64,000 bases of DNA from contig MU057809.1 in the NCBI GenBank assembly GCA_013265495.1, positions 1,169,062 to 1,233,061 of the forward strand, written 5' to 3'. The notes under the pieces are model-generated. The model had not been told where the DNA came from. It worked only from the letters and a program-made list of their open reading frames with translations, and did not search any database. Both the position numbers and the translations under genes were made by a program. Of this stretch, positions 30,601-42,600 are shown one piece after another (position 1 is the stretch's first letter; each line of letters begins with the position of its first letter). This DNA is from Vicugna vicugna. Lineage: Eukaryota.

Positions 30601-33600
30601 ACCTGACCTGAGCCTGACTCCAAAGTCCATGCCCCTTCCAGCTAGAGTTACGGCTACACTGCGGGGCTGGGCACAGGGCAGGAGGCGGCAGAAATGGGGC
30701 AGGATGGTGGTGTGGTGTCCACTGAGACCCCTATCTGCCCGTCTGGGGACGGCAGGCCGCCTCCTCCCCCTGGAAGGGCAAAGCCTCCCGCTCCGAGCGG
30801 CCCTGCAGTCCCGCCACGTGGGCGGGCACTTTAATCCCGCTCGGCGCCCTCGGTCAGCGTCCCCCAAGTCCTCCGGAGTCTGGTCTCCGGCACGTGGCAC
30901 AGGGCCGAGGAACGTGGCCAGAGGGGTCCCAGACTCCGGGGTCCCATCTGGAGGGGGCCTCCTCACAGTTCCGTTTCCTGAGAAGGGCTGGCTGCTTACA
31001 GGAGCTGCTTTCACAGCCGCTAGAGATCTGGTGGCCTCCCTGCAGGCAGTGATGGGCTGGGCGCGCCACGGAGAGTTTGGGGAAAACACCAGTGTATCTG
31101 GCTACTACTTCAGCCCCTTAGTCAAACATCAGCAGGAGTATTTTCGGGCAGGCGGAGAAGGCGTCTGATGATGTCATGTTGCTAAAAGCAGGCAGCATTT
31201 ATTTCACTTGCAAGCTATTTGCCAAACCAAAGACCTTTTAATATTGTTGCATCTGCCTGCAGCAATCTGGAGATTACCTGATCTCACTTCAAAAATCCTC
31301 CAACATTTAAAAATAAGAAAAATGCCTTTTTCTCAAACCGATGGTGTGCCTCAGCGAAGAGCAGGGCCCTCAAGAGCCAAATCTAGACATCGGGATGCGA
31401 GGTAGCGTGAGGATGTGGGTCCATTAGTGAATCAAGCCGACAAGCGATCAGCCAGCCAGTGGCAAATCGGTGTTTTAAGAGCCCAGTCGAACGCCAGGCC
31501 CAGAGGACGGAAAACCGTGTAAGACGCCCTCTGCAACTTAGGCTGTCAGGCTCCCGGGAAGAGACCCAAACACGGCCAGTCACAATTCAGTACGGCAGCC
31601 GGATGGCAGCCGGCGGACGGGGAGCTGGGGAGCTGGCCGAGGGGCAGCTGATTCGGCCGGGGACTCGGGCAGGACCCCCGGGAGGAGAGCAGGGTCTTGC
31701 TGGGGGAGCGGAGCCGACTCCCCCCAGAGCGGTCCCGTCTCGATCCCAGGGGGTGAAGGACCAAAGGCAGGGGCACGTCCTCGTGGGCTGCACCGGACTG
31801 TTATCCCACCTGCTCCTGGGGACGTGATCTGGGGGCTGGGCGCGCAGGCAGCTCCAGCCCGAGAGTTACTGTCTGAGCGCCTGGGTATCTTTACGTGGGG
31901 TGGTGGTGACTTTTTTTGCCAGCTTGGCCCGGCCAGGGCACCCAGTGATTTGATCAAATGTGAATCGAGGTGCAGCTGGGAAGGAGTTTGGCAGGGCGGC
32001 CGACACCAGTGCTCAGTCGGCTGTAAGTGAAGAGCACCCCGGTGGTGTGCCCGGGCCTCGCCCAGTCAGCTGCAAGGCCTTGCCGGCTAAAACTCAGCTT
32101 TCCCAGAGAAGGTAGGATTCTGCCTCAAGACTGTAGCATCAGCTCCTGCCTGAGTTTCCAACCTACTGGCCTATCCTATGCGATTTGGACTCACCAGCCC
32201 CAGTTCTTTAAAAGAATTCTCTGTGTGTGTGTATGTGTGTGTGTATACATGTGCGCGTACACAAATGTGTACGTGCATATATTATCTCACATAAACGTAC
32301 ATAGACACACATATACTCAAGCAGACGTGAAGACATATACACGTGTGCTTCTCTCTCCTGTTGCTTCTGTCTCTCCGGAGCCCTGACTGACGCACTGAGT
32401 GAGGTGAAGGGCCCGGGCAGGTCTCCCAGGCCCCCCGCTGGTGGGGAGCAGTCCCCGGGGCGGTAGTGGGCGAGCTGGGCCCATCCTGCTCCTTCTCATG
32501 TCCTGCTTTGGCTCAAGAGAGCCAGGACCTGAGGTGCAGGCGAGAGGGCTGCCACACGGGGCTGCAAGGGCACTGCCTCAGAGAAGACTCTGAGGACCAG
32601 AAGCGGCTTACGAAGGCTTCATAGTGTGAAAACGGGCAGCACCGGTTTCCCACGGCAGAGCAGACCCAGTGGTGAGGGGCGGGCCCAGGGAGTGTGTTCT
32701 AAAACGTCACATGTGTTAACAGGACATTCGAGGTGCGATAATGTCCGCCGGTCAGGAGATGATGCCATTGGAGAGACGGTGTGTCGCTCACAGCTCCCCA
32801 GAGGACGGGGCACGGGGTGCCGTGCACCGGGGTGGGTCAGGAGGCGGAGGGTGGGGCGTCGTGGCTTCTGCAGAAGGAATGGACAGGGCAGAGTGAGCAG
32901 GCTTGGGGCCAGCTAGTTTGGGTCATTCCAGCAGGCTCTGGGGCACAGGGGCTGTCCCTGGTGACGAGGGCAGGGGGACAGTGGCCTGGAATGTGGGAGC
33001 CCAGGGAGGAGGGGGTGGGGGGCGGGCTCTGGGTTGGCTGGTTTGCATTTGAAAGCATGCCTGAGGGAGCGGGGTTCACTGTCTGTAGGACTTGGACACC
33101 CCCAGGAGAAGGAGTCCCTGCAGGGTCAGCAGGGCCCAGATGCGAAAGTGTCAGAACAGAAAGTAACCAGCATGGTTAATGCAGGGTGATGGCCTCGTGG
33201 CCTCAGAGCCAATCCTGTGTGTTTCCCTGAATGTAGTTTGCAAATCCCAGCCCGTGAGAACGCGCAGCGGGGGAACAGAGACCCTGGGCACCCGCCCTGA
33301 ATGCTGTCTCCCCGCCAGGCTGGGCTGGAGCAGCGTCTGGCCAACGCCAAGAAGAAGGTCTCGCAGATGGAGAAGCTGCTGCCCGCGCAGGTCGTCAGCG
33401 AGGACCAGCGGGAGGTGCTGCGGCTGCTGTGCAGGGCCCACGAGCTGGAGGTGGAGAACACGGAGCTGCAGGCCAGCAGCCTGTGCAGGAAGAACCTGCT
33501 CTGCCAGAAGGACTTCGTGATCCAGCGCTACCACCAGCACCGGCTGCTCTGCGAGCAGATCATCCAGGACCAGCGGCAGCTGCTGCAGGGTGAGCCAGCC

Positions 33601-36600
33601 CGCCCCGCACCCGGCCCGAGGCTGATTTCTATTACTGCGAGTTTCTGGAAAGAGGAGGCAGTGTACATGGTCCAAAAAAAGTCACATCCTAGATGGCTTG
33701 CCGGGAGACACCTGTCTCCCTTCCGTCCCAACCCAGTCTCTGCCCACCACGCCCAGCCACCTGCACGTCCGCCACAGAGGGTCTGTGCGGTGCGTGTGCG
33801 TGTGCGTGTAAACAGATTTCTTACACCGGCAGGACCGGACCACACACTCCATGCTGTGCACTCCTCACTTACGGGTAGAAACTGTGCTGAGTGGAATCTG
33901 CCTCGTCTGCGGAACGCACCATGATTTGTTTATCCATCTCTGCTGATGAATATCTAGATTTTTTCGCAGCTGTATGTTGTTATGGCATTTCCCACCTCTT
34001 CTTTAGTGTTCAGGCCCCATGTGTAGTGGGCAACCCTGCTCCTGGCCAGCACCTGTGCAGGCAGTGACCCCTTGTCTTTCCTGTTGCCTCTTAGCTCTGC
34101 CCCATCACCACCATCACCACCATCATCGCCATCATCACCATCACCACCACCATCATACCATCACCACCATCATCACCATCACCACCACCATCATCACCAT
34201 CGCCACCACTATCTTACCATCACCACCATCACCACCATCACCACCATCATCGCCATCATCGCCATCATCACCATCACCACCCACATCACCACCACCACCA
34301 TCATCACCATCATCATCATCACCACCATCAAAAGCACCATAATCACCACCACCATCACCACCATCTTGTTTTTAAGGTCAACACTGATTTAAGCTGGATA
34401 ATGAGTTTTTCCCTTTGGGGAAGCATCTCACAGTTCCTTTTATAACGGGAAAAAGGCACTTTATTTAAAAACAGTGTAATAACATTAAGGAAAGTTTTGG
34501 AAGAGAAATCAGGTTATCTATAACCCAACTCCTTTCCAGCCCCTGCCTGTAAGCAGTCAAATTTTGTCAAAGCCATAATTATGCTGTCTTTTAATTTCTT
34601 ACTTTAATTTTTTAAATTGAGGTAAAATTTCCGTGGCATAAAATTCATCATCTTAAAGTATACGATGTGCAGCCATCACCTCTAGACCCAAAACATTTCT
34701 GCTAGTCCATGGAAGGCCCAGTCCCCATCAGCAGCTCTCCATCCCCCACTCCCCCAGCCCCTGGAAACACTCCTCTACTTTCTGTTTCTACGGCTCTGCC
34801 TTTTCTGGACATTTCCTGTGAGGGAAATCCCATGGCGTGTGGCCTTTTGTGTCTGGCTTCTTCGGCTTAGCATAGTGTTTTGGAGGCACATCCACATTAC
34901 AGCAGATGTTTGAACTTCTTTCCTTTAGGAGATGAATAACATTCCACTGACACATCACGTTTTGTTTCTCTGTTCGTCGGTTGGCGGATACGAGGGTTGT
35001 TTCCACCCTCTGGTTAATGTGAATGGTGCTGCTGTGACCATTCATGTTCAAGTCTTTGTTTGAACACCTGTTTTCAATTCTTTTGAGTATACACCTAGGA
35101 GTGGTTCTTCAACTTTTTTTTTCTAGTGGAGGTGCTGGGAGTATAACCCAGGACCTCACGCACGCTAAGCACACGCTCTACCTCTGAGCTCTACCCACCC
35201 AGCTCTTTCACTTTTAAATTAAATTTTATCTATACTTTGGAATTGTTAATAATATTATTTTATGATTAGAAGGCAATACATGAACATAATAGAAAACCTT
35301 TAAGCTAGGAACATAAATAAGACGATCGATAGAAACCCCACTCTCTAGGAAAATCTTTTATCAGGTTGGAACATTTGCCTTCAAACCTCCAAAAGAGACA
35401 CTGTCTTTTTAACGAGTGGCAGATGTTTCGCCCAATCCTGCCCTCCCCAACTCCTGCAGATGGCGGCATCGCCGTGCCAGAGCCGCTGGACCAGCGGCTC
35501 CGCCTCTACTCCCAGGAGCTGGGCGCGGGCACATTGAACCGCCTGCTGCTGCTGCACGCTGTGATGTCCAGCTCTCTGCAGGTGAGTCCGCCTCGGCCTC
35601 CACCTCAGGGCGCCAGCCCTGGAGGGGACCAGCCCCGGTAAAGGGAGGAGGAAACTGGGAAACCCCATGAATCAGGCTGCCTGGGGCCGTGCCACGGGCC
35701 GGGGTCCAGGCAGCTTTCTGGGAAGGCATCCCTGTTTGGGGGGGCCTGTGTGCTGCTCCCACGGTGGGTGACCCTTGGCTGTTGCAAGGATCCCTTGTGG
35801 GAGACGAAAGGCCGGAGGGAAGGAGCCTGAGTGTGGGGTGGACCCTGTTTCCCAGTGACACCAGAAAGGCGTCTTCTGGGGAACCTCAGAGAGATTTTTA
35901 GGGCTTGTTGGTTCTCTGGGGAGAAGTGCCTCCAGGGTCCTGCTTGAGGATGGCCTCTGGTGTGGATTCTGGGGACTCACTAGGGAGGAAGGGCTAGTGG
36001 CGGGGTGGCTCTGTGTTCTTTATTTAGACAAACAGGGCTGTCACAAGCCCTCCTTGTGCCCTCAACGAGGCCTGGTCCCCCCGCCTCCCGCCCACCTTCT
36101 CAGTATTAGAAAGGATAAACTCTCAGCCAGAGTGGGTGAGGGGCAGATGCCCAGAAGTGTGGTGTGAGGGAGGGATCCAGGGATCTGACTGTATCTCAAG
36201 CTGCCCCCAACCCCCCGTTACAGAGGACCAGGTCCCGACATTGTAACTTCGGGCGCGGTGCCGCGTGGGTCTGGGTAGTTCCCGGCTATGGCCACTGGTG
36301 GGGCTGGCTTTCCTGCACCAGCTGGTTCAGTCCCCGCTGATACGTCTGGCGTCCGCCTGCAGAATGTGCTTGCTGTGTGCTGTCCTCTCCCCTTCCTCCC
36401 ACACATGTGTCTGTGTTAAAACAATCCTTGTCCTCTGGTAAGTGTCGGGGACCCCAAGACCACCCTCAGGCTCAGTTCACCAGGAGGCCTCACAGAACTC
36501 AGGAAGGCTGATGTACCAGACTGAGACTCTGTCCCTGTTAACCACGGGCTCCTCTCCGCAGCCCCCCCAGCCCCTCTCCCCACCCTCTGCTTTCTCTGTG

Positions 36601-39600
36601 ACTCTGAGCCCTCCAGGGACTCACAGGAGCGGAATCACAGTGTCTGTCCTCTGTGCCTGGCTTATGTCACTGAGCACCGTGTCCTCAAGGTCCCTCCACG
36701 GTGCGGCAGGCGTCAGAGTCTCCGTGCCTTTCAAGGCTGAGTCACAGCCCACCGTGTGAGTGGGCCGCATTGTGTTTACCCTCATCCATCGATGGCACTT
36801 GCGTCGTTCCACCTTTGGGCTGTTGTGAATAAGGCTGCTCTGAATGTGGGCGTACAAGTGTCTGTCCGAGTCCTGCTTTGAATTCTGCTGGCTGCAGACC
36901 TGGGAGTGGGATTGCTGGGTCCTATGGTGATTCTGTGTGTGATTTTCAAGGCCCTACCGGCTTGCAAGGGCACTCTGACCATGAGCATGCCCCTCAGGCA
37001 CTGTTCTGCTCTGGGGTCAAGGCCGTACCCGGTGGTCCCTGGGCACTCGGCCTTGCACAGACCTCCTTTCTGTCTGTGGCGGGAGGGGCAGCAGAGAACT
37101 GAAGGTTCCCTCATGCGGTGGTGGCCGAGGGAACAGGACCTTCCTGTGGTCCCTCGAGGCCTCTGCTGGACAACCCAGCTCACTGTGTCTGTGGTCCCTG
37201 CTACCTCACCCCGCTCCTCTGTCTGGTCCCAGGACAGCTCTGTTCTGAACACATCCCCGCTGCCAGAGGAGCCCAGCCAAGACCAGCCAGACGACAGGAA
37301 GGACCTCCCGTGGGGGGCCCAGTTCAAGCTGCCGCCCATGCTGCTGGAGACCGACAGGTAAGGGAGTGAGGCGGGGCCGGGGCCAGGAGCTGGAGGCCGG
37401 CCGGCAGGAGCCCGGCCAGTGCAGAGGACTCGTGACCCTGGGCATGTCTTAGAGGCCCCGCTCCTCTCAAGAAGGGCGGCTCCTGTCCCCGTCTCTGCGG
37501 GGTCGTTTTAAGGAGAATAAATACGGCCTAGGAGGTGCTCGCCACACAGAGCAGGTATGAGGCTGGAGTTTGATGCTAGAAGGACAGCTTCACCCCTGTG
37601 TGGTTTCTGTTTCCTGTGAGCCCCTCCTCCCAACCTTGATGCTTTCCGCCTTTTTTACTTCTCTGTTGGTGTTTCCTGCCCACCTAGACGTAGACTAGTA
37701 AATTGAGCAGTGCAGACTCATCGCCTAGATTTAACAGATGACGTTTTCCCAGTTGGTGTCCCTGTCCTAGCTCAGGCTGCTGAAACAAAATGCCACAGGC
37801 CGGCTGACTCAGACAACAGAGATTATTTTCTCATAGCACCGGGGGCTGGACACCCGAAGCCAGGGTGCCAGCAGGTGGTCTGTCCAAGGTGGCCTGACGG
37901 TGGGCCTTTTGCTGGTCGCGGTGAACGCCCAGATGCTGCGTGCGGCTGCAGGGCGCCCGCCTGATCCAGGCCCTTTGGGGCGATGAAAACGCAGGGCTCC
38001 AGGCAGAGGGACAGCTGGTCCCCTTCGTGCGCTCATGCCTGCATCTGTGTGCACGTGTGTACAAGTGTGTGCACATGCCCGCACATGTGTTTGTGTGTGC
38101 GTGTACGTGTGAGCGTGCATGTTGCATGTGCTCACGGGTTCATATGCTTCACAAGGGTGCATGTGCGTGTGTGTGCCTGTGTGCTTGTGTGTGTACACGT
38201 GTATACAAAACAAAGTGCCCCCAACTCCCCCAGTCAGACCGGATGCCTCTCCCTCCTGCTCTGGGTAATAAGCCCGAGACCACAACCAGGGAGCCTGGGT
38301 TTGGTGCCTGACGCTTCGCTTTTGCACCATCACCGATGACCTGGCTTGAAGGAAAGCTGCTAGGAATGTCCCGTCCTTTTGACGACACAACAGAAAGACT
38401 AGAAAATTATAGCTGTGAGGTTGTCAGAGGTCCCTTCCTCTCCAACGGCCGAGGTCACCCACACAAGTTCCTGTGCAAACCCCCGTCTCCATGCTGTGCC
38501 CTGAATGTGCTCAGCTGGCTCCTGCCCCGGGGCCTTTGCCCGTGCTGTCCGCCCGCCTGGGATGCTCTTCCTCCGGCACCTGCCGTGGCCTTTCACTCTG
38601 ATTCTTGGGCTTTGGCCCGGACGTTTCTCCCACAGCTGGTCTCACCACCAGGGGTGGTGCAGCTCTGTGTCGGCACTAACTGTGCAGAGTTGGCCATCAG
38701 ATGCCACCAGTTGAGGGCTCCATTCTCCACAGAGAGATGAGGGTGTCCTCAGCTCTGTGCCCCCATGTCAGATGCCAGCTGCAAATGGGATCCCAAGGCC
38801 CCCGGCCCTCCTGTCCGGCTGAGTGCAACTTTGGGGGGTTCTACAACCCCGTCTTGTTTGATAGCTCCCTAGAATGACCCAGAGGACTCACTGAAGCACT
38901 AAACTAGGGCCCCAGTTGTGCTATGTAGCACACACATGGGGCAAGGTCTGGAGGGGCCCGGGGGGCAAGGCACCCGCTCTCCCCCTGGAGTCAGGGCACC
39001 TCGGCCTCCCTGCACATACCCATGGTCACCAGCAGGCAGCTCCACCGAGCCTCAGTGTCCAGAGTTTTCATTACGTAGCACGACTGGTTACATCACTGGC
39101 CACATAACTGACCCAGAGTTCCCCTCCTCGAGCCACTGGGCTGGGCTCTGTGGTGAGCACCCCTGTCATGACATCTAGGGAATGCCACAGTCACCTTTCT
39201 GTCTCGGAAATTCCAAGGGGACCTCAAGGTCGGCGCCAGGACTGGGGACAAAGACCGCTAGGTTCTCCATCGTGCTGGCCCCTCAGTGAGGTCGGCTCCG
39301 GCCGCCCATTCTCGTCAGAGCGAGTGTCACCGCCTGCCCCGCCGTCCACATGTCCATTGGCTCAGAACACAGGGTGATCAGGGCAGGGCTGCATCTACTG
39401 GGACCCAGGGCCCCCCGGCTGTCGGTTTGCGATGGCAGGTGCTCAGATGCATGAGGGGGTGGGTGAATGAGCCAGCCGGGCCCCAAACCACAGCAGCTCA
39501 ACCTCCGTGTGAGCCGCCGTGGCTGGAGGGCCAGGCTCTGGTCCTCCCCCAGCCGCGATGGAGGACCCGGGGCCCCTGGCAGCTGGCCCTGCTGAGGCCT

Positions 39601-42600
39601 TGGTGTTTCACCCTCAGCGATGGTTACAAGTCATCAGAAGTGACGCCATCTAGGAAGCTGGGAAAGCAGGACTCTCTCCTCCCTCCGCCATCCCTGCGCA
39701 TCCTGCTGACCCCTCCCATCCGCGAGGTTGGTGTGTGCGGGGCTCGCGGCACCCGGCTCTGGGGAGCTCAGGGGCGGGCACGGGAGCAGCTTCCGGAAGG
39801 AGGCCTCTGCTTAAGCAGCTGTCGCAATGGCGGCGACCGTGTCCTGAGCCCGCTGGTGTCGCCATGTTAGTGTCCCGGGGTGGGGCGGGACAAGGCGCCA
39901 CAGACTAGCTGAAACCACAGGCGTTCGTTGTCTCCGGTTCTGGAGGCCAAGCCCACCATCAGCTGTCCCTCCCGGGGCTCTGAAGGCGGGTCCCTCCTGC
40001 CTGGTCCAGGCCTGGCGGCCCTGGGCGCCCCTTGGCCACGTCCTCCATCTCTGCCTCTGTCCTCACAGACCTCCTCTCTGTGTGGCTCTGGGCCCCTCCT
40101 CTTGTAGGACGCCCACCCGTCACTGGACAGAGGGCCCACCCTCAATCTAGGGTGTTCTGATCCCGAGACCCTCAGCTTAATTACATCTGCAAAGACCCTG
40201 TCTCCAAAGGGCACACTCTGAGGTCCCAGGTGGACATGGATTTGGGGGACACCATTCACCCCACTGCAAACGCTCCCCCCAGCCATGCATGAGGCAGGGG
40301 TGGTCATTACCCTCGATTTATAAGCAACACATGAGACTCAGAAGTCAGGTGGCTGCTCACCCTGCTGCTGGTTCCTGGTAGCTCGGCTGGGCCTTGCTGT
40401 GCTCATCTGTGGGTGGGGGGTAACCCCACCCACCTCACAGGATTAAATGAGTGAATGAGTTAAAGAGCACAGCTTCCCCTCCTCCAGAGTGTGGGCGCTG
40501 TGGGGGCTCAGAATAGTCCAATTGCTGAGAGGTTGGGCTCAGGCATCAGTCTGGTTAGCCCTGGGATCAAGTCCCCACTTTGTCCCTTGCTAGCTGTGTG
40601 ACTTTGGGCAAGTTGCTTCATGTCTCTGAGCCCCTATTTCTCCACCTGTAAAATGACGAATCCAGGAGCCTCAGAACGGTGCTAAACTCAAAGAAACATG
40701 GGGTAACAACCAAAAGGAAAAGTCCAATTCCTTCCTCTGGGAGACCCTCGAAGAGGCCCGTCCACCGTCCCCTGAGAGGCTCAGTGACCCTCTGCCCAGC
40801 CCCTATGCCCCACCCCGGAGTGCCCCTCCACGCAGAGTGAACTGCATTCCTGCCTCCCCTCCCCACTTCCTCCCACCGCTTCCACTTCCTCGTGTAAGCA
40901 GCCTGGCCCTCTCCCAGGTGGCACGAAGGCTCCCCTCCCCTTGTGGGAGGGGGCGGGAGGTGGGGAGCCGAATGGCAGGTGCGAGGCGCCCTTGGGCAGA
41001 CAGGCGAGCTGGGAGCGCGGGAGGAGGCCTAGGACACCCACAGGCTGGCCGCCTTGGCCCTTGCTTGTGAGCTGCTGTCGCGAAGCCGGAGCCCTCGTCA
41101 GTACTAGTGATGCTGTAAGTGCGCGGCCCCGACGCTTCTGGCCTCCACCGCCGGGGCGTCTGTGCTGAGGATGCCCCCTGCCAGGGAGCCAGCTGCCCTT
41201 GCTGGGGTCCTGGGGAGTTAGGATCTCGTGGGAGGAGCCCCCAGGAGTGACTCCGGGAGTGCTGTGTAAACATCCCGTACCCCTCGGCCCTGGGGTGTGG
41301 ACCCTGATGCCCCAGCGCTGCTCTGCCTCACAGGGCGTCCCCTGTCAGGAACTGGCTCCATCACACGGCTTCCCCGGCCCTCGTCCCACCCCCAACAGTC
41401 TTGCCCCCAAATAAACTGCTGTCCTGGGTCTGCTTCTGGGGGCCCCACTTGGGGCCACAGGGATGGCCCGGTGACCTCTGACCGCTGCTCTGCCCTTTCC
41501 CGCAGAAGTCGAGCTCCCTGAACGTGAGCAGTTTGGTCTCCAAGCTGTGCTCCCCGGTGAGCCTGGAGCCAGGCACCCCCACCCCGAGGCCGGAGGCCCA
41601 GGCCAGGCTGAGCGCCCAGGCCCTCGAGGAGATGGCCGCAAGCACCAAGAGCATCGCTCTCATCGCGGCCACGCGGCGCTCCTGGGTGCAGGACCGCGAG
41701 GGCGGCAGCGGCCGCTCCTCCCTCCACCCTCCAGAGGTAGCCCTCGACTCCAGGGACCCCAAGCCCTGTGTCACCCCGGAGGCCAGCCCAACACACAAGA
41801 GGTGGCCCCACGCCAGCCCTGGCAGGGGCCGCTCCATGGAGAGGAAGGCCAGGAGGATGTGGTCGCCCTCCCGCACCTGGAGCGGGCAGCCGGTGGGTGG
41901 ACGCTGGCCGGGTGCTCCAGTCCCAGGGGTCCAGCCGGAGAAGCAGAGGGACTGACCTGGACAAAGTCGTGGTGGGGGTGGGTGTGGGAGGGCCCGAGAC
42001 GTGAGGAAGAGCGGAGAGCCAGGCCCCACCCTCACCTCCTCTGGGACCATCTCCCTCCTGCCCAACCTGAAGCCACGTGTCCACACCAGTGCGTGGGCAT
42101 CACCCCCGGGAGATACAGTTTCATGACCTGAGTTTCTCCCCTTAACGTGATTCCATAAATTCTCACGTGCCTACGTGGTGTTTGTGCTTTAATGTAAGGA
42201 AAGTCTGATGACTAGACTCTAAAACATAAACAACAAGGGCGTGAGAGGCGAGCTGTTAAGCACAGACCACCGCGAGGCTTGCCCCTCCGCCCCGCGTCTG
42301 GCGCCGGGTCCTCCATCAATACCTGCCGAGGGCCGACCGGCCACACGCGGTTCCTTCGTGGCCCCCTGAGGCTGTCTGTTCCCTGTTAAAGGGCCACGAA
42401 GGTGCCTTGCATTTTTGACTGTCACGCATGATGCCTACGCATCCCTATGGGAATAGTAGTGTTCATTTTGACTGACTTTCTTGGGATATTGGACAGTGTC
42501 GACATGAGCAAAAGTCTCAGGGAAACAGGATTGAGCAAAAGTCTCAGGGAAACAGGATTAAGCAAAAGCAGAGAGCACGTGCAGTTAAGGTGACCACAAT

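Noticed and set aside
29737..31089. 450-aa minus-strand ORF
   Set aside because: Antisense shadow of kinesin exon 12 plus intron and MIR-like sequence; no domain
34019..34392. Poly-His/Thr/Pro ORFs
   Set aside because: Translation of an intronic (CAC/CAT)n repeat
37357..41521. Premature stop (pseudogene) if exon 15 joins directly to 41506
   Set aside because: The phase 2/0 exon at 39618-39726 restores the frame and resembles the equivalent KIF19 segment
42505..42568. CRISPR-like repeat
   Set aside because: Direct tandem copies with no spacers, eukaryotic intron context, no cas genes
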